Below are positions 38,391-48,775 of a stretch of DNA of 64,000 nucleotides, piece by piece; within the stretch, counting starts at the first letter, position 1, and every line of letters starts with the position of its first letter. The notes beneath the pieces are model-generated. The model saw only the letters and a program-made list of their open reading frames with translations. It was not told where the DNA came from and searched no databases. This DNA comes from Candidatus Uhrbacteria bacterium GW2011_GWE2_46_68 (GTDB lineage Bacteria; Patescibacteriota; Patescibacteriia; UBA9934; GWF2-40-263). The DNA lies in NCBI GenBank assembly GCA_001002765.1, contig LCMS01000010.1:123-64122 (forward strand), written 5' to 3'. The translations under genes and the position numbers were made by a program.

Positions 38391-39650
38391 TTAAATCATC
38401 ACCGAGGTGTGAACACCAAAAAGCTCGCTTCGACGGTTGGTGCCACTCTGACCAATCTCTACCCGTCGCCATGTATGATTCCAACACGCGTCTGATAAAG
38501 AGACAGCGTAAGGAAAAAGAGATCTCATAAGATAAGAAGCGCTTTCTGTATTGTTTACAATATTATCCAAAGGTTTTCCTGTTTCTTGAAGATGAATCAT
38601 AAAGGCTATAATCCAATCCATGGGAGTTAATCCGGACTCTAGAAAATAAGGGGAATCAGAATTGTTTTGAACCTCCCGAAAAATAGAAAAATACTCCGAG
38701 GGCGACTTTCCCGCCTCAAGAGAAGGGCGACCTCCTTGGGATGTCCCTTGACCTTCGCGAGGAATAGAAACAAAACCTTTGGAATACTGATCGGAGGGAT
38801 CCGAGGGTTGAAAAAGATGAACCGTCCAACCTGAAAAAAAATCTTCAGCATCTCTTTGTTTGTTAAGAATCTCTGTCTTCGTTTGACCCTGATGAGACCT
38901 ATCGAGAAACAATGGATCGTAAATAATTACGTTAGATCCTTTGGTATCCACTCTTTCGGAAAAACTTATAAAAAAAGGATTATTTGCATTGAGATCAAAA
39001 GAGGGGTGAACCTCTTTGTAGTCACGAAGAAATTGTTTAAGAACATCCGCAAGAACTTCGATGCTCATGCCAAAGGGAACAAGAAGGAGTTTGGTGAAAC
39101 CTTGGTCATGCTTGGTTTTTAGTTTCTCACGACGCTCAAACAAACGAACAGCGATTTGTTCCAAAGTGGGGATGGGATAGGTACGTTTATCTATACCTCG
39201 GATGGCTCCTTCTTCGAGAATACCGACTTGTTCAAAAAAGGAAACCTGAGAATTATATTGTTCCTTGAGGTGATAGTATTTCTCGGCATATTCAAGAGGA
39301 TCGGTAGGTTCTTTGGGTTCTTTCTTTACAATCAGATACTGAAAGTGCTCAAGAAGATAAGTGAGTCTCTCAAGGTCTGGGATGGAAAGTTTGCTGGTCA
39401 CCTCGCGCAGGAGGTCGGGTTTGGCGAGGGATTTTTTTGTGATCCCGTGAGCTTTTGTAAAATTAATGATCTCTTGTCGCAGAGTTTCAAAATGCGCGCG
39501 GTGTTGTTCAGGAAGAGAATCACGAATACTTGAAACCGAATCCATAATGGCTTCGCCAAGGATTTCCGAAGTGCGTCTAACCCCTACCTCCGCAAGGGCG
39601 GCAGACGGGGAAGATTCCAAACTTGGTCGAAAAAGAGACATAGATATCAA
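38391..39650 (-). CDS. multi-copy paralogous family member (intact, 419 aa)
   Basis: Family N-domain (EAIMDSVSSIRDSLPEQHRAHFETLRQEIINFTKAHGI...). C-terminal motif GVHTSVMI. First of three tandem copies. Confidence 0.7.
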   Translation of the reverse strand: MISMSLFRPSLESSPSAALAEVGVRRTSEILGEAIMDSVSSIRDSLPEQHRAHFETLRQEIINFTKAHGITKKSLAKPDLLREVTSKLSIPDLERLTYLLEHFQYLIVKKEPKEPTDPLEYAEKYYHLKEQYNSQVSFFEQVGILEEGAIRGIDKRTYPIPTLEQIAVRLFERREKLKTKHDQGFTKLLLVPFGMSIEVLADVLKQFLRDYKEVHPSFDLNANNPFFISFSERVDTKGSNVIIYDPLFLDRSHQGQTKTEILNKQRDAEDFFSGWTVHLFQPSDPSDQYSKGFVSIPREGQGTSQGGRPSLEAGKSPSEYFSIFREVQNNSDSPYFLESGLTPMDWIIAFMIHLQETGKPLDNIVNNTESASYLMRSLFPYAVSLSDACWNHTWRRVEIGQSGTNRRSELFGVHTSVMI

Positions 39651-39653
39651 AAG

Positions 39654-40946
39654 TTAAAGCATCACCGAGGAACGCACACCAGTATCCACAACCCAACCAA
39701 GAAGACTATTCCCGAAGAGATGAATCCGACGACTGCCACGGCTCCAACGCGCTCTTGGCACAAGGTAGGAGAAAAGAAAAAAAGCACCTGTAAGATTAGA
39801 GGCGCTCTCTATGCCATTTAGATAGTCATCCAGTGGTTTTCCTGTTTCGGAAAGATGAATCATAAAGGCTGTGATCCAATCTTCCGGAGTCATACCTGTT
39901 TCACCATGATAGGGAGAATCTTTATCGTCTTGAGCATTTTGAAGAATGGAAAGATATTCATTGGGAGTTTTGCTTGCTTCAAGAGAAGGACGAGGGACGA
40001 GGTCTCCTTGGGATGTTCCTTTACCTTGTCGGGGAATATGAGCAAAGCCCATGGGAGCTTCAGTATCTTGTGAGTCAGAGTTTGATGGTTGAAAAAGATG
40101 AACCGTCCAACCGGGAAAGGAATCTTGATTGTCTTCTTGTTCCCTAAGTATCTCCATCTTGGTCTTTCCTTGATGACCCTTTTCATCAAAAGACTGTGGA
40201 TAATAGAAAAGATTTGGAGAATCCCCCGTGTCTGCTCCTTGATAGTCTCCCGATGTGAAGAGAGGCATGCTGGTATCAAGATCAAAAGAGTGGGACTTTT
40301 TATATTTGATGAAAAATTGTTTGATGGTTTCTTGGAGAGCATCAAGGCTCATCCCAAAAGGAACGAGAAGAAGTTTGGTAAAACCTTGGTCGTGTTTGGT
40401 TTTGAGAGTCTCGCGGCGTTCAAACAGACGAGAAGCTATTTGTTCGAGAGTTGGCACGGGATATTCATGACCGTCTATACCTAGGATGACTCCTTCTTTG
40501 AGGATGCCCACTTCCTCAAGAAGCTCTACTTGAGAATCGTATTGCTCACGAAGATGATAAAACTTCTCTCCATACTCAATGGCTTTGGCAGGGTCTATCT
40601 CTTCTTTCTTTGGTTCTCCATTCTTGAGAAGATATTCAAAGCGTTCGAGAAGGAGAGCGAGTCGTTCAAGGTCTTGGGTGGAGAGTTTGCCGGTCACCTC
40701 GCGCAGGAGATCAGGCTTGCCAAGAGATTCTCTTGGAATCCCGTGAACCTCGGTAAAAGTGATGATCTCTTGTCGCAGAGTTTCAAAGTGCGCGCGATGT
40801 TGTTCGGGCAAAGAATCACGGACACTTGAAACCGAATCCATGATGGCCTCACCAAGGATTTCCGAAGTGCGTCTAACCCCTGCCTCCGCAGGGACGGCAG
40901 AGGAAAAAGATTCTGAAGTTGGTCGAAAAAAAGACATAGATATCAA
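39654..40946 (-). CDS. multi-copy paralogous family member (intact, 430 aa)
   Basis: Family N-domain. Terminal motif GVRSSVML. Separated by 3 bp from both flanking paralogs. Confidence 0.7.
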   Translation of the reverse strand: MISMSFFRPTSESFSSAVPAEAGVRRTSEILGEAIMDSVSSVRDSLPEQHRAHFETLRQEIITFTEVHGIPRESLGKPDLLREVTGKLSTQDLERLALLLERFEYLLKNGEPKKEEIDPAKAIEYGEKFYHLREQYDSQVELLEEVGILKEGVILGIDGHEYPVPTLEQIASRLFERRETLKTKHDQGFTKLLLVPFGMSLDALQETIKQFFIKYKKSHSFDLDTSMPLFTSGDYQGADTGDSPNLFYYPQSFDEKGHQGKTKMEILREQEDNQDSFPGWTVHLFQPSNSDSQDTEAPMGFAHIPRQGKGTSQGDLVPRPSLEASKTPNEYLSILQNAQDDKDSPYHGETGMTPEDWITAFMIHLSETGKPLDDYLNGIESASNLTGAFFLFSYLVPRARWSRGSRRIHLFGNSLLGWVVDTGVRSSVML

Positions 40947-40949
40947 AGG

Positions 40950-42299
40950 TTAAATGATCACCGAGGAACGAGCGCCGGCGTTCTTGTCGTCATCACGAAG
41001 ACTGCTCCTACTGAGGCAAGCTTGTCGTTCAAAACGCCCCCAACATGCATTCGATGTAGGAATGGAAAGAGGGAAAAAAACTCCTGCAAGACAAGAAATG
41101 CTTTCTTTATTATTTTGCCAGTTATCCAATGGTTTTCCTGTTTCAGAAAGATGAATCATAAAGGCCATGATCCAATCTTCCGGAGTCATGCCTGTTTCAC
41201 CGTGATAGGAAGAGTCTTTATCACCTTGAGCTTTTTGAAGAATGGAAAGATATTCAATGGGAGATTTTCCTGTTTCAAGAGGAGGTCGAGGGACGAGGTC
41301 TCCTTGAGGTGTTCCTTGTCCTTCTCTGGGAATAGAAGAAAAGCCCGGGGAATGTGGATTGGAAGGATCAGAAGGCTGGAGAAGATGAACGGTCCAACCG
41401 GGGGTTCCCTCTCCCTTCTCTCCTGCCACCCCTGCAAAGGCAGGGGTCCATCGTCCTTGGGCTTGTTCCTTAAGTATCTCCATCTTGGTCTTCCCCCCAT
41501 GACCCTCTCTTGTAAAAGACTGTGGATAATAGACAAGATTTGGGGAATCCCCTGTGTCTGCTCCTTGATATCTTGGCCATGTCCAGAGAGGAATACTGGT
41601 ATCAAGACCAAAAGAGGAGTGGGACTCTTTATATTTGATGAGAAATTGTTTGAGTGTTTCTCTGAGAGTATCAAGACTCATCCCAAAGGGAACAAGAAGA
41701 AGTTTGGTAAAACCTTGGTCGTGTTTGGTTTTAAGTTCCTCACGGCGTTCAAACAGACGTATGGCGATTTGTTCCAAAGTGGGGATGGGATAGATTTTAC
41801 CGTCTATACCTAGGATAGCTCCTTCTTTAAGTATTCCTGCTTCCTCAAGAAGCTCTACTTGAAAATTATATTGTTCACGAAGATTGTAAAGACGTTCAAT
41901 TTCTTGAAGATGTTTCGGAAGTTTTTCTTTCTTTGGTTCCCCGTTCTTGAGAAGGTATTCAAAACGTTCGAGAAGATCGGCAAGTCGTTTGAGATCTGGA
42001 GTGGAGAGTTTGCCGGCGGCCTCGCGGAGAGCGGAGGGTTTGGAAAGTGTGTCTTTGAAAATCCCATGAACCTTTGTAAAATCAATGATCTCATGTCGCA
42101 GAGTTTCAAAATGCGCTCGGTGTTGTTCGGGAAGAGAATCGCGGACACTTGAAACAGAATCCATGATGGCTTCACCAAGAAGTGCAGAAGACACCGGATC
42201 CCCGCCTGTGCGGGGATGACGGTTGCGGGAAGAGTGTGACTCCACAGGGGTAACGGAGGAACGAGGAGAAAATTCAGGAGATGAACGAACGAAAGACAT
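40950..42299 (-). CDS. multi-copy paralogous family member (intact, 449 aa)
   Basis: Family N-domain with a divergent leader. Optional insert GRWTPAFAGVAGEKGEGTP. Terminal motif GARSSVII. Confidence 0.7.
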   Translation of the reverse strand: MSFVRSSPEFSPRSSVTPVESHSSRNRHPRTGGDPVSSALLGEAIMDSVSSVRDSLPEQHRAHFETLRHEIIDFTKVHGIFKDTLSKPSALREAAGKLSTPDLKRLADLLERFEYLLKNGEPKKEKLPKHLQEIERLYNLREQYNFQVELLEEAGILKEGAILGIDGKIYPIPTLEQIAIRLFERREELKTKHDQGFTKLLLVPFGMSLDTLRETLKQFLIKYKESHSSFGLDTSIPLWTWPRYQGADTGDSPNLVYYPQSFTREGHGGKTKMEILKEQAQGRWTPAFAGVAGEKGEGTPGWTVHLLQPSDPSNPHSPGFSSIPREGQGTPQGDLVPRPPLETGKSPIEYLSILQKAQGDKDSSYHGETGMTPEDWIMAFMIHLSETGKPLDNWQNNKESISCLAGVFFPLSIPTSNACWGRFERQACLSRSSLRDDDKNAGARSSVII

Positions 42300-42311
42300 A
42301 GTGTCTCCTCC

Positions 42312-42920
42312 TTAAAGCGAGTAAGTAAATAAACTGATAATTGCAAACACGATGGCCAAAGAAAATGTGCCGATGGAAAAAGGAATGAACAAATCAATCC
42401 CCGCCCAGACAGCAATAAGAAGCAGTGCGACTCCGATCACTTGCAACACCATTTTTATTTTTCCAAACACGTTGGCCGAAGTGATAGTTCCATTGCTCTT
42501 TCGAAAATATCCGACAAACACAATAATGGATTCGATCATCACGATCAAAATCCCAAAAACAATATTGATATGTTTGACAACAATGAGAAGCACGACCGTG
42601 GAAATTAAAAGCTTGTCCGCCACAGGATCATACAGGGTTCCCCAATCCGTGATTTGTTTACGAATACGTGCCAGACTTCCATCCACCGCATCGGTCAGTG
42701 CGGAAAATAAAAAAAGCGGCGCCCCAACCGCATAATTTCCAATATACAAAAAATAGAGCACAAACGGGATGGTGAGAAAACGCAACACGGTGACCATGTT
42801 GGGAGAAATAAAACGAGGAATGAGAGGAATAATGGTATAACGCATGACATAATCATGCGGATACCACTTGGAGGGATCGCGGTGCATTTTCTCCATACAA
42901 CTTGCAATGATACAATACAT
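42312..42920 (-). CDS. CDP-alcohol phosphatidyltransferase family protein
   Basis: Motif DAVDGSLARIRKQITDWGTLYDPVADK, i.e. D-x2-DG-x2-AR-x8-G-x3-D-x3-D. 202 aa with multiple TM helices. Confidence 0.75.
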   Translation of the reverse strand: MYCIIASCMEKMHRDPSKWYPHDYVMRYTIIPLIPRFISPNMVTVLRFLTIPFVLYFLYIGNYAVGAPLFLFSALTDAVDGSLARIRKQITDWGTLYDPVADKLLISTVVLLIVVKHINIVFGILIVMIESIIVFVGYFRKSNGTITSANVFGKIKMVLQVIGVALLLIAVWAGIDLFIPFSIGTFSLAIVFAIISLFTYSL

Positions 42921-42925
42921 TTACT

Positions 42926-45052
42926 ATGTTTCTTCGCCTCTACTCTACCACGTTCACTTTCCTGTTTCTAGGAATCTTTCTTGCGAATGTCTTAATTTTT
43001 CATCAACCGCTTCTTGGAGGAATCTTATTGGGAACCGCTCTCCTCTTTTACGGAAAACTCTTGGCACACCGCCTTTCCCCCAAACATCTTTGGCTCGGTA
43101 TCTTTTTCCTTTTAAGTTCTCTTGTCTGCGTCGGATCGTTTGCTTATTATCTTCTCCCCTTTACCTCCGAAGTTGCGCTGGCTGTTTTTCTTTTTTGTCT
43201 CCCCCTTTGGTTATGGTTCGGATCGCACGGGCATCCGCAGGAAAAAGAATCCTCTCCTACGCAACAAAAACTTCCCATGTGGTTTTGGATCGCCACTGCC
43301 TTTGTTGCGCTTGGATGCGTGGCAGGATTTTTCCTTCTTGTCACACACACGACAACAGAAGCCATTCGCACTCCTTGGGATCAAATACCCTCGGCATTTT
43401 TTCTCATCATCTTCTTGAGCTTCCTTCTTTTATCCGGCCTTCTTTTTTTGGGACAAGGTCGATCTGTCACACATCTTCTTACCAGCGGAATGCTTTTTCT
43501 CTTTTTAACAATCGCTCTCATTATCTATCCGCTTGGATACGGGTTTGATACCTTTATTCATCAAGCGACCGAACAACATATCGCCACTTTTGGTTCCATC
43601 ACTCCCCAACCTCTTTATTACACCGGACAATACGTGCTTGTATTACTCACCCATCATCTCTTTTTTCTTCCTGTCATTTGGGCAGATAAACTCCTCGTTC
43701 CACTCCTGGCCGCTCTCCTGCTCCCGTTGGCTTGGTATCATGCGGCTCTGCGACTCCTTCATGATAAACGCATTGCCACCGCTTCACTGATCGGCCTTTT
43801 CCTTCTTCCTCTTTCTTCTTGGATTGTGACGACTCCACAAGGATTGGCAAATCTTTTTGTACTTTTGACGATCTTGGCTTCGGCCCCTCTTTTGATCGCA
43901 AGAGAAGGGCCGCGACCGTTCCAGCTGTTACTGCCCACACTGGCCACTTTGCTCATCCATCCCCTTGCCGGTATTCCCCTTCTTCTGTATCTCGCGTTCT
44001 TATTGAGTCGACCTTCCGAGGTTCAAAAACAGCAAGAACGTTTTGCACGCATCTTCTCCGTGATTATTTTTGTGCTTACCTGTCTGGCACTTCCTTTAAG
44101 TTTTCTCTTGAATGCTCTCGTGGCCCATCAAACCATTGCCTTTTCATGGGATCGACTTTGGCATCTTGAAGGTATGGAAACCCTGGTTTCCTTTTTTTCG
44201 TTCCATCGTATCTTTACTCCACTTCTTGATGGCGTCTATTCTTTCGGCTCCGCACTTCCTCTTATCTTCTGCGCAATCGCTCTTGTGGCTTGGTGGATTG
44301 GTAAACGATCACTTGATGGACGACTGCGACCACTTGGCCTTATCTCCATGGCTCTCTTTTTGAATTATGTCTTCTTGTCCACGGTCGTGGAGTTCACTTT
44401 TTTGATTGAATACGAACGCGCTAATTATGCAGATCGTTTACTGCCGCTATTACTTTTTTTCCTCACTCCTTTTGTGATTGCGGGTCTTGGCATGGCCATG
44501 GCAAAAGCGAAAACATGGCCGATTTCTTTGCGTGCCCTGTTTCTGATTTTTTTATGTGGCCTTGCACTTTCAAATCTCTATCTCACCTATCCGCGCGATG
44601 ATGCGTGTATCACGGGACATAATATCAACACGAGCCAAGCGGATATGGAGGCTGTGTCTCTTGTCGCTTCCGATGCGGGAGATGATTCTTATCTTGTACT
44701 TGCAAACCAAAGTGTTTCCGCTGCCGCCATCCGCTTGCTTGGTTTTGAAGAACACTACTTCGGATCACAATATCGTTATCCGATTCCCACGGGCGGAACG
44801 TTGTATCATTTTTTTCTTGCAATGAATGAGAACCCCTCGCAAGAGACAGCACTCCAATCTGCGTCATTGGTGCGTGGACTTTGTGCGACCGATCTTTCCT
44901 GCACACAAGATCGTGTGATCCATGTGTACTTTATTGTAAATACGTATTGGTGGGATAGTGCACGCATCATTGAAACGGCAAAAGGAACAGCTAACAAATG
45001 GATGAGTGCGGGAAACGGAAAAAATTATATTTTTCGATATGATCTTGAGTAA
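42926..45052 (+). CDS. large polytopic membrane protein (hypothetical; possibly a GT-C-like or polymerase-like envelope enzyme)
   Basis: 708 aa with more than 12 predicted TM helices. One of only three plus-strand genes in the window. Confidence 0.5.
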   Translation: MFLRLYSTTFTFLFLGIFLANVLIFHQPLLGGILLGTALLFYGKLLAHRLSPKHLWLGIFFLLSSLVCVGSFAYYLLPFTSEVALAVFLFCLPLWLWFGSHGHPQEKESSPTQQKLPMWFWIATAFVALGCVAGFFLLVTHTTTEAIRTPWDQIPSAFFLIIFLSFLLLSGLLFLGQGRSVTHLLTSGMLFLFLTIALIIYPLGYGFDTFIHQATEQHIATFGSITPQPLYYTGQYVLVLLTHHLFFLPVIWADKLLVPLLAALLLPLAWYHAALRLLHDKRIATASLIGLFLLPLSSWIVTTPQGLANLFVLLTILASAPLLIAREGPRPFQLLLPTLATLLIHPLAGIPLLLYLAFLLSRPSEVQKQQERFARIFSVIIFVLTCLALPLSFLLNALVAHQTIAFSWDRLWHLEGMETLVSFFSFHRIFTPLLDGVYSFGSALPLIFCAIALVAWWIGKRSLDGRLRPLGLISMALFLNYVFLSTVVEFTFLIEYERANYADRLLPLLLFFLTPFVIAGLGMAMAKAKTWPISLRALFLIFLCGLALSNLYLTYPRDDACITGHNINTSQADMEAVSLVASDAGDDSYLVLANQSVSAAAIRLLGFEEHYFGSQYRYPIPTGGTLYHFFLAMNENPSQETALQSASLVRGLCATDLSCTQDRVIHVYFIVNTYWWDSARIIETAKGTANKWMSAGNGKNYIFRYDLE

Positions 45053-45117
45053 AGTTGATCTTGTAGAGGATCAACCGTGTGTAAGCATCTAAACGGTTAC
45101 GAAGAGGGGGTCAAAGA

Positions 45118-45307
45118 GGGGGTCAGGTCGTGAATCGTAGCATGCGTTTATTTTGAACTATAAAACATTAAAATTTTACTCCTTTAACTCTTCAATAAAA
45201 TTCACGGCCATTCTGTTTGTTATTTTTTTCTTGAAAATACTCAAATAATGAGTTATTTTTGCAACCCGGAGTTTATATAAGACGCTACGATTCACGACCT
45301 GACCCCC
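45118..45307. repeat. MITE-like element: 24-bp perfect terminal inverted repeats GGGGGTCAGGTCGTGAATCGTAGC flanking about 142 bp of AT-rich non-coding DNA
   Basis: Left TIR 45118-45141. Right TIR (reverse complement) 45284-45307. The left end is preceded by a direct duplication of GAGGGGGTCA. Confidence 0.6.
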
Positions 45308-45337
45308 TAACTGATCTCTAACAAAAAAGGAGCATGG

Positions 45338-46543
45338 TTATGCCCCTTTGATCAATTGCTCCAGTCGATCCACATATGCCTTGAGAGAATGATGTTGGAT
45401 CTCTTCTTGAAACTCTACGCAGGTTTGCGACAAGGGCCACGGAGAATCGAGAAAACGCAAAAAAGCTTTCTTGAGTGCCTCGCCGTCTCCGGCCGGAACC
45501 AAAAATCCATTTTTCCCATCATGCACCAACTCTCCCACTCCTCCGATATGTGAAGCCACAACCGGCACGCCCGCCTGAAGACTTTCATAAATCACGGTCG
45601 GAGAATTTTCATAACATAAAGAAGGAACCACACTGACATCACAAATCCCAAATAAATCCTCTAGATGCTCAAAAGAAACAAATCCGTGATAATGCACATG
45701 AACATCGAGATTGGATCGCTCTGTAATAAAATCCGCAAGGGATCCCTCTCCTGCAATATGGAGTTCAATCTTTCCCTCCATCTGCCGCGCCACATCCATG
45801 AGTAACAAAATCCCTTTATGTTTTTCCAATTGTCCCGCAAATAAAACGTGCAGGGCTTTTTTGGTTTGAGGACAACAAGTCCTTGTGGGAAGTTTGATGT
45901 CCGGCGCCGGATTGGGAATAGTCTCTATTCGACTGTCGGTAAAAAAATGTCGTTTCTTATAAAACTCCGCTAAAAAATGGGAAGGAGAAATCACCACATC
46001 GGGTGACCGCACCATTTTTTGCACTTGTCGCTCATACCACTTCCGTAAAAAAGAAGTTTGAATCCACGCTTGTTCTTGTCCGGCAAGTAAAAGTCCGCTT
46101 GGAAGAGAAAGTTGCACATCATGAATGGTGTGGATATGCCGGATCCCGCTTTCATGCGCCACGCGAAAGGCCTGCATGCCCAATCCTTTCAAGTTATGTG
46201 TCAAAATAACATCCGGTTTTTCTTTGGCTAAAATCTTTCGTACACACCACGTCGTTTGCGGATTCCAAAGATCAATCAAATGCCAAAATGCACGGAATAC
46301 AAAAGGAACTGATGTGTCAGAAAGTGTGTGATACAAATTCAACGGATAAAAACGATAAATTTTTTCGATCTGTTGCTCGGTCACTCGGGGAAAAAAAGAC
46401 CAAAATCCGTCAAAAGGCATGGAGGAAACAATCGTCACTTTATGCCCGCGTCCAAGGAGTTCCTGTGCCACGCGTCGTGCAATAATCTCCGCACCCCCAC
46501 GCGCATATGGACGATACAAATTGGAAAGAAGAAGAATGTTCAT
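45338..46543 (-). CDS. glycosyltransferase family 4 (GT-B)
   Basis: C-terminal GT4 signature E-x7-E region (CYENSPTVIYESLQAGVPVVASHIGGVGELV). Confidence 0.75.
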   Translation of the reverse strand: MNILLLSNLYRPYARGGAEIIARRVAQELLGRGHKVTIVSSMPFDGFWSFFPRVTEQQIEKIYRFYPLNLYHTLSDTSVPFVFRAFWHLIDLWNPQTTWCVRKILAKEKPDVILTHNLKGLGMQAFRVAHESGIRHIHTIHDVQLSLPSGLLLAGQEQAWIQTSFLRKWYERQVQKMVRSPDVVISPSHFLAEFYKKRHFFTDSRIETIPNPAPDIKLPTRTCCPQTKKALHVLFAGQLEKHKGILLLMDVARQMEGKIELHIAGEGSLADFITERSNLDVHVHYHGFVSFEHLEDLFGICDVSVVPSLCYENSPTVIYESLQAGVPVVASHIGGVGELVHDGKNGFLVPAGDGEALKKAFLRFLDSPWPLSQTCVEFQEEIQHHSLKAYVDRLEQLIKGA

Positions 46544-47697
46544 ACGGGATAAAAACGTTTGCTTTGTTGTTGTGTCACAGACAAATATGTTTGCTCAAGT
46601 TTTGTAATCAAAGGATCCCAGGCAAAAACTTGTTCAGATCGCAAGCGAGCTGACCTTCCCAACCGTTCCCGCAATAATGGTTGTTCCAAAAGAAGAGACA
46701 AAGCGCGTGCAAGAGCGCGTGCATCCCCAGCGGGTTCCAAAAGTCCGGTTTCTCCATTAAGCACCACTCCGCGCACACCTGGCAAATCCGATGCGATCGT
46801 GGGAAGACCGCTGGCCGCTGCCTCCAATGCCACCATACCAAAAGCCTCTGCACGTTTTGTGGAAGGAAACAGATGCACATCCGCAGCTTGATAATATCTT
46901 GGAAGATGTTCTTCGGAAACCTTTCCTGTAAAATGCACGCGTGAAGCGTAGGGCAGCCCATGTACGATTGCTTCATACCCCGTTTTCAAGCTCCCCTCTC
47001 CCACAAGTAAAAGATGCCAATCTTTTTGTCCTAGACGTTCCAATGCCTCCAAAAGAATCGGCACTCCCTTGAAATGATGCGCCTCGTCCATGCCGCCGAC
47101 AAACAAAAAAACAGGTGCCTCTTTTGGAATCTTCCACTGTTTTTTTATCTCCTCATCTTTCCTTGGATGAAACCGATCAAGATCCACTCCAAACGGATGG
47201 ACTTCCACGCGATCAAAAATATGTGGAATATCGCAAAGGGCTGACGTCTCGGCGTACTCTTTAGAGCTCACCAAAATACGATCTGCCCGATTCATAAGCC
47301 AAGGAAACAATAATCGACGATGAGCACTATGAATCACCCCACGAATTCCGGTCACACACGCATCGTGATGATAGGTGATGACAAGCCCCTGATGTGCTTG
47401 CAGAGCTTTGCGCACAATCACAGGTTCGGCCCCACCAAAAAAAGGGTAGTGCAAATGAACAAGATCGAAACCTTTCAGTCGATAAAATAAAGAAGGAGTA
47501 ACCCCGGCGTTTCCCACATGTAAAGGAGAAGGAACGCGATGCACGTAGTCGGGATCTCCACTCACTGATGCGTAGCGTGGTGTGTATACATGTACATGGT
47601 GTCCGCGTGCGCGTAAACGCTCGGTATATTCAAAAGCGACTCGGCCAATACCGCCGGCGTACGGAGGATAGGTGCAGGTGACATGCGCGATTTTCAC
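46540..47697 (-). CDS. glycosyltransferase family 4 (GT-B)
   Basis: EAFGMVALEAAASGLPTIASDLPGVRGVV. 385 aa. 4-bp overlap with the upstream GT4. Confidence 0.75.
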   Translation of the reverse strand: MKIAHVTCTYPPYAGGIGRVAFEYTERLRARGHHVHVYTPRYASVSGDPDYVHRVPSPLHVGNAGVTPSLFYRLKGFDLVHLHYPFFGGAEPVIVRKALQAHQGLVITYHHDACVTGIRGVIHSAHRRLLFPWLMNRADRILVSSKEYAETSALCDIPHIFDRVEVHPFGVDLDRFHPRKDEEIKKQWKIPKEAPVFLFVGGMDEAHHFKGVPILLEALERLGQKDWHLLLVGEGSLKTGYEAIVHGLPYASRVHFTGKVSEEHLPRYYQAADVHLFPSTKRAEAFGMVALEAAASGLPTIASDLPGVRGVVLNGETGLLEPAGDARALARALSLLLEQPLLRERLGRSARLRSEQVFAWDPLITKLEQTYLSVTQQQSKRFYPV

Positions 47698-47698
47698 A

Positions 47699-48775
47699 TT
47701 AACGAATCAGGGGTTTTAAACATATCCACAAAAAAGAAAGCGCCTTGTCTCCCATTTTCGTTAATCGTGAAAAAGGAAGTTCTTGATAGGCAATCGCCCC
47801 TGTCCAGATACGAACAATTTCTCGATCGGAAATCGTACGCAACAACGCAGAGTCTCGACGTTTCTTTTTGAGATACGTCCAGGTCTTTGGAGAAAACCAT
47901 ATACACCAGGCTAAAAGCTTCTCTTTCATCCACCCTCCTTTGATCGCCAAAATAAAAAGTGTGACTTCCAGTCCTAAAAGCCAAGGAGCCAAAAGAATCA
48001 ATGTGGAATAACGGCCATGAGAACAAAGCACGAGCCCGCGATTACGCTCCATCCAAAAATATTTTTTAATGGATCGTTGAAACTCGTAATGATGATATGC
48101 AATGGAGGACGCACAAAGTACATTGCGGTATCCGGCCAGTCTCATGCGCCAACCCAATTCCAAATCTTCGTGATACAAAAAAAGAAACGGGTCTAATAAT
48201 CCCACGGTTTGCAGTACGTGTGCGCGCAAGAGCACACCCGCGCCGCTTGCGTAAGCGATTTCTTCCCCATCACTCATAGAAACTTGGTTCAAAGGAATGC
48301 CATTATGTCTCGCATATCCCAATCCCAAAAAATGTTGCATACCTCCAGAGCTATTGATGACGTCCGGTTGTTGCCACAACAACAACAACGATTGAACAGA
48401 TCCAATCGTCGGATCACTTTCCGCCATGGCAACGGCGCGATCCATTGCCTCGGGATGAAGCTTGGCGTCATTATTGAGAAGATAGACATAATCACATCCA
48501 TCCAAAAGGGCACGCTCTATCCCGATATTATTCCCCCTGGCAAACCCGGTATTTTTTTCTTGCGGCAACAGAATCATTTGTGGAAGTGTCCCTTGAGATT
48601 TTGGGAGATACTCTTTGCGGATACGCTCTGCGCTTCCGTCAGACGATGCGTTGTCAACGACAATAAGACGCAGCCGATCTTTCGGATACTGTAATCTCTC
48701 CAAAGAAGTAAATACTTCATCAAGATAAGGAACCGCATTGTAGGAAAGATACACGATGGCAACCAATGGTTTCAT
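47699..48775 (-). CDS. glycosyltransferase family 2
   Basis: N-terminal VAIVYLSYNAVPYLDE...IVVDNASSDGS (GT-A, DxD-type). Confidence 0.7.
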   Translation of the reverse strand: MKPLVAIVYLSYNAVPYLDEVFTSLERLQYPKDRLRLIVVDNASSDGSAERIRKEYLPKSQGTLPQMILLPQEKNTGFARGNNIGIERALLDGCDYVYLLNNDAKLHPEAMDRAVAMAESDPTIGSVQSLLLLWQQPDVINSSGGMQHFLGLGYARHNGIPLNQVSMSDGEEIAYASGAGVLLRAHVLQTVGLLDPFLFLYHEDLELGWRMRLAGYRNVLCASSIAYHHYEFQRSIKKYFWMERNRGLVLCSHGRYSTLILLAPWLLGLEVTLFILAIKGGWMKEKLLAWCIWFSPKTWTYLKKKRRDSALLRTISDREIVRIWTGAIAYQELPFSRLTKMGDKALSFLWICLKPLIR

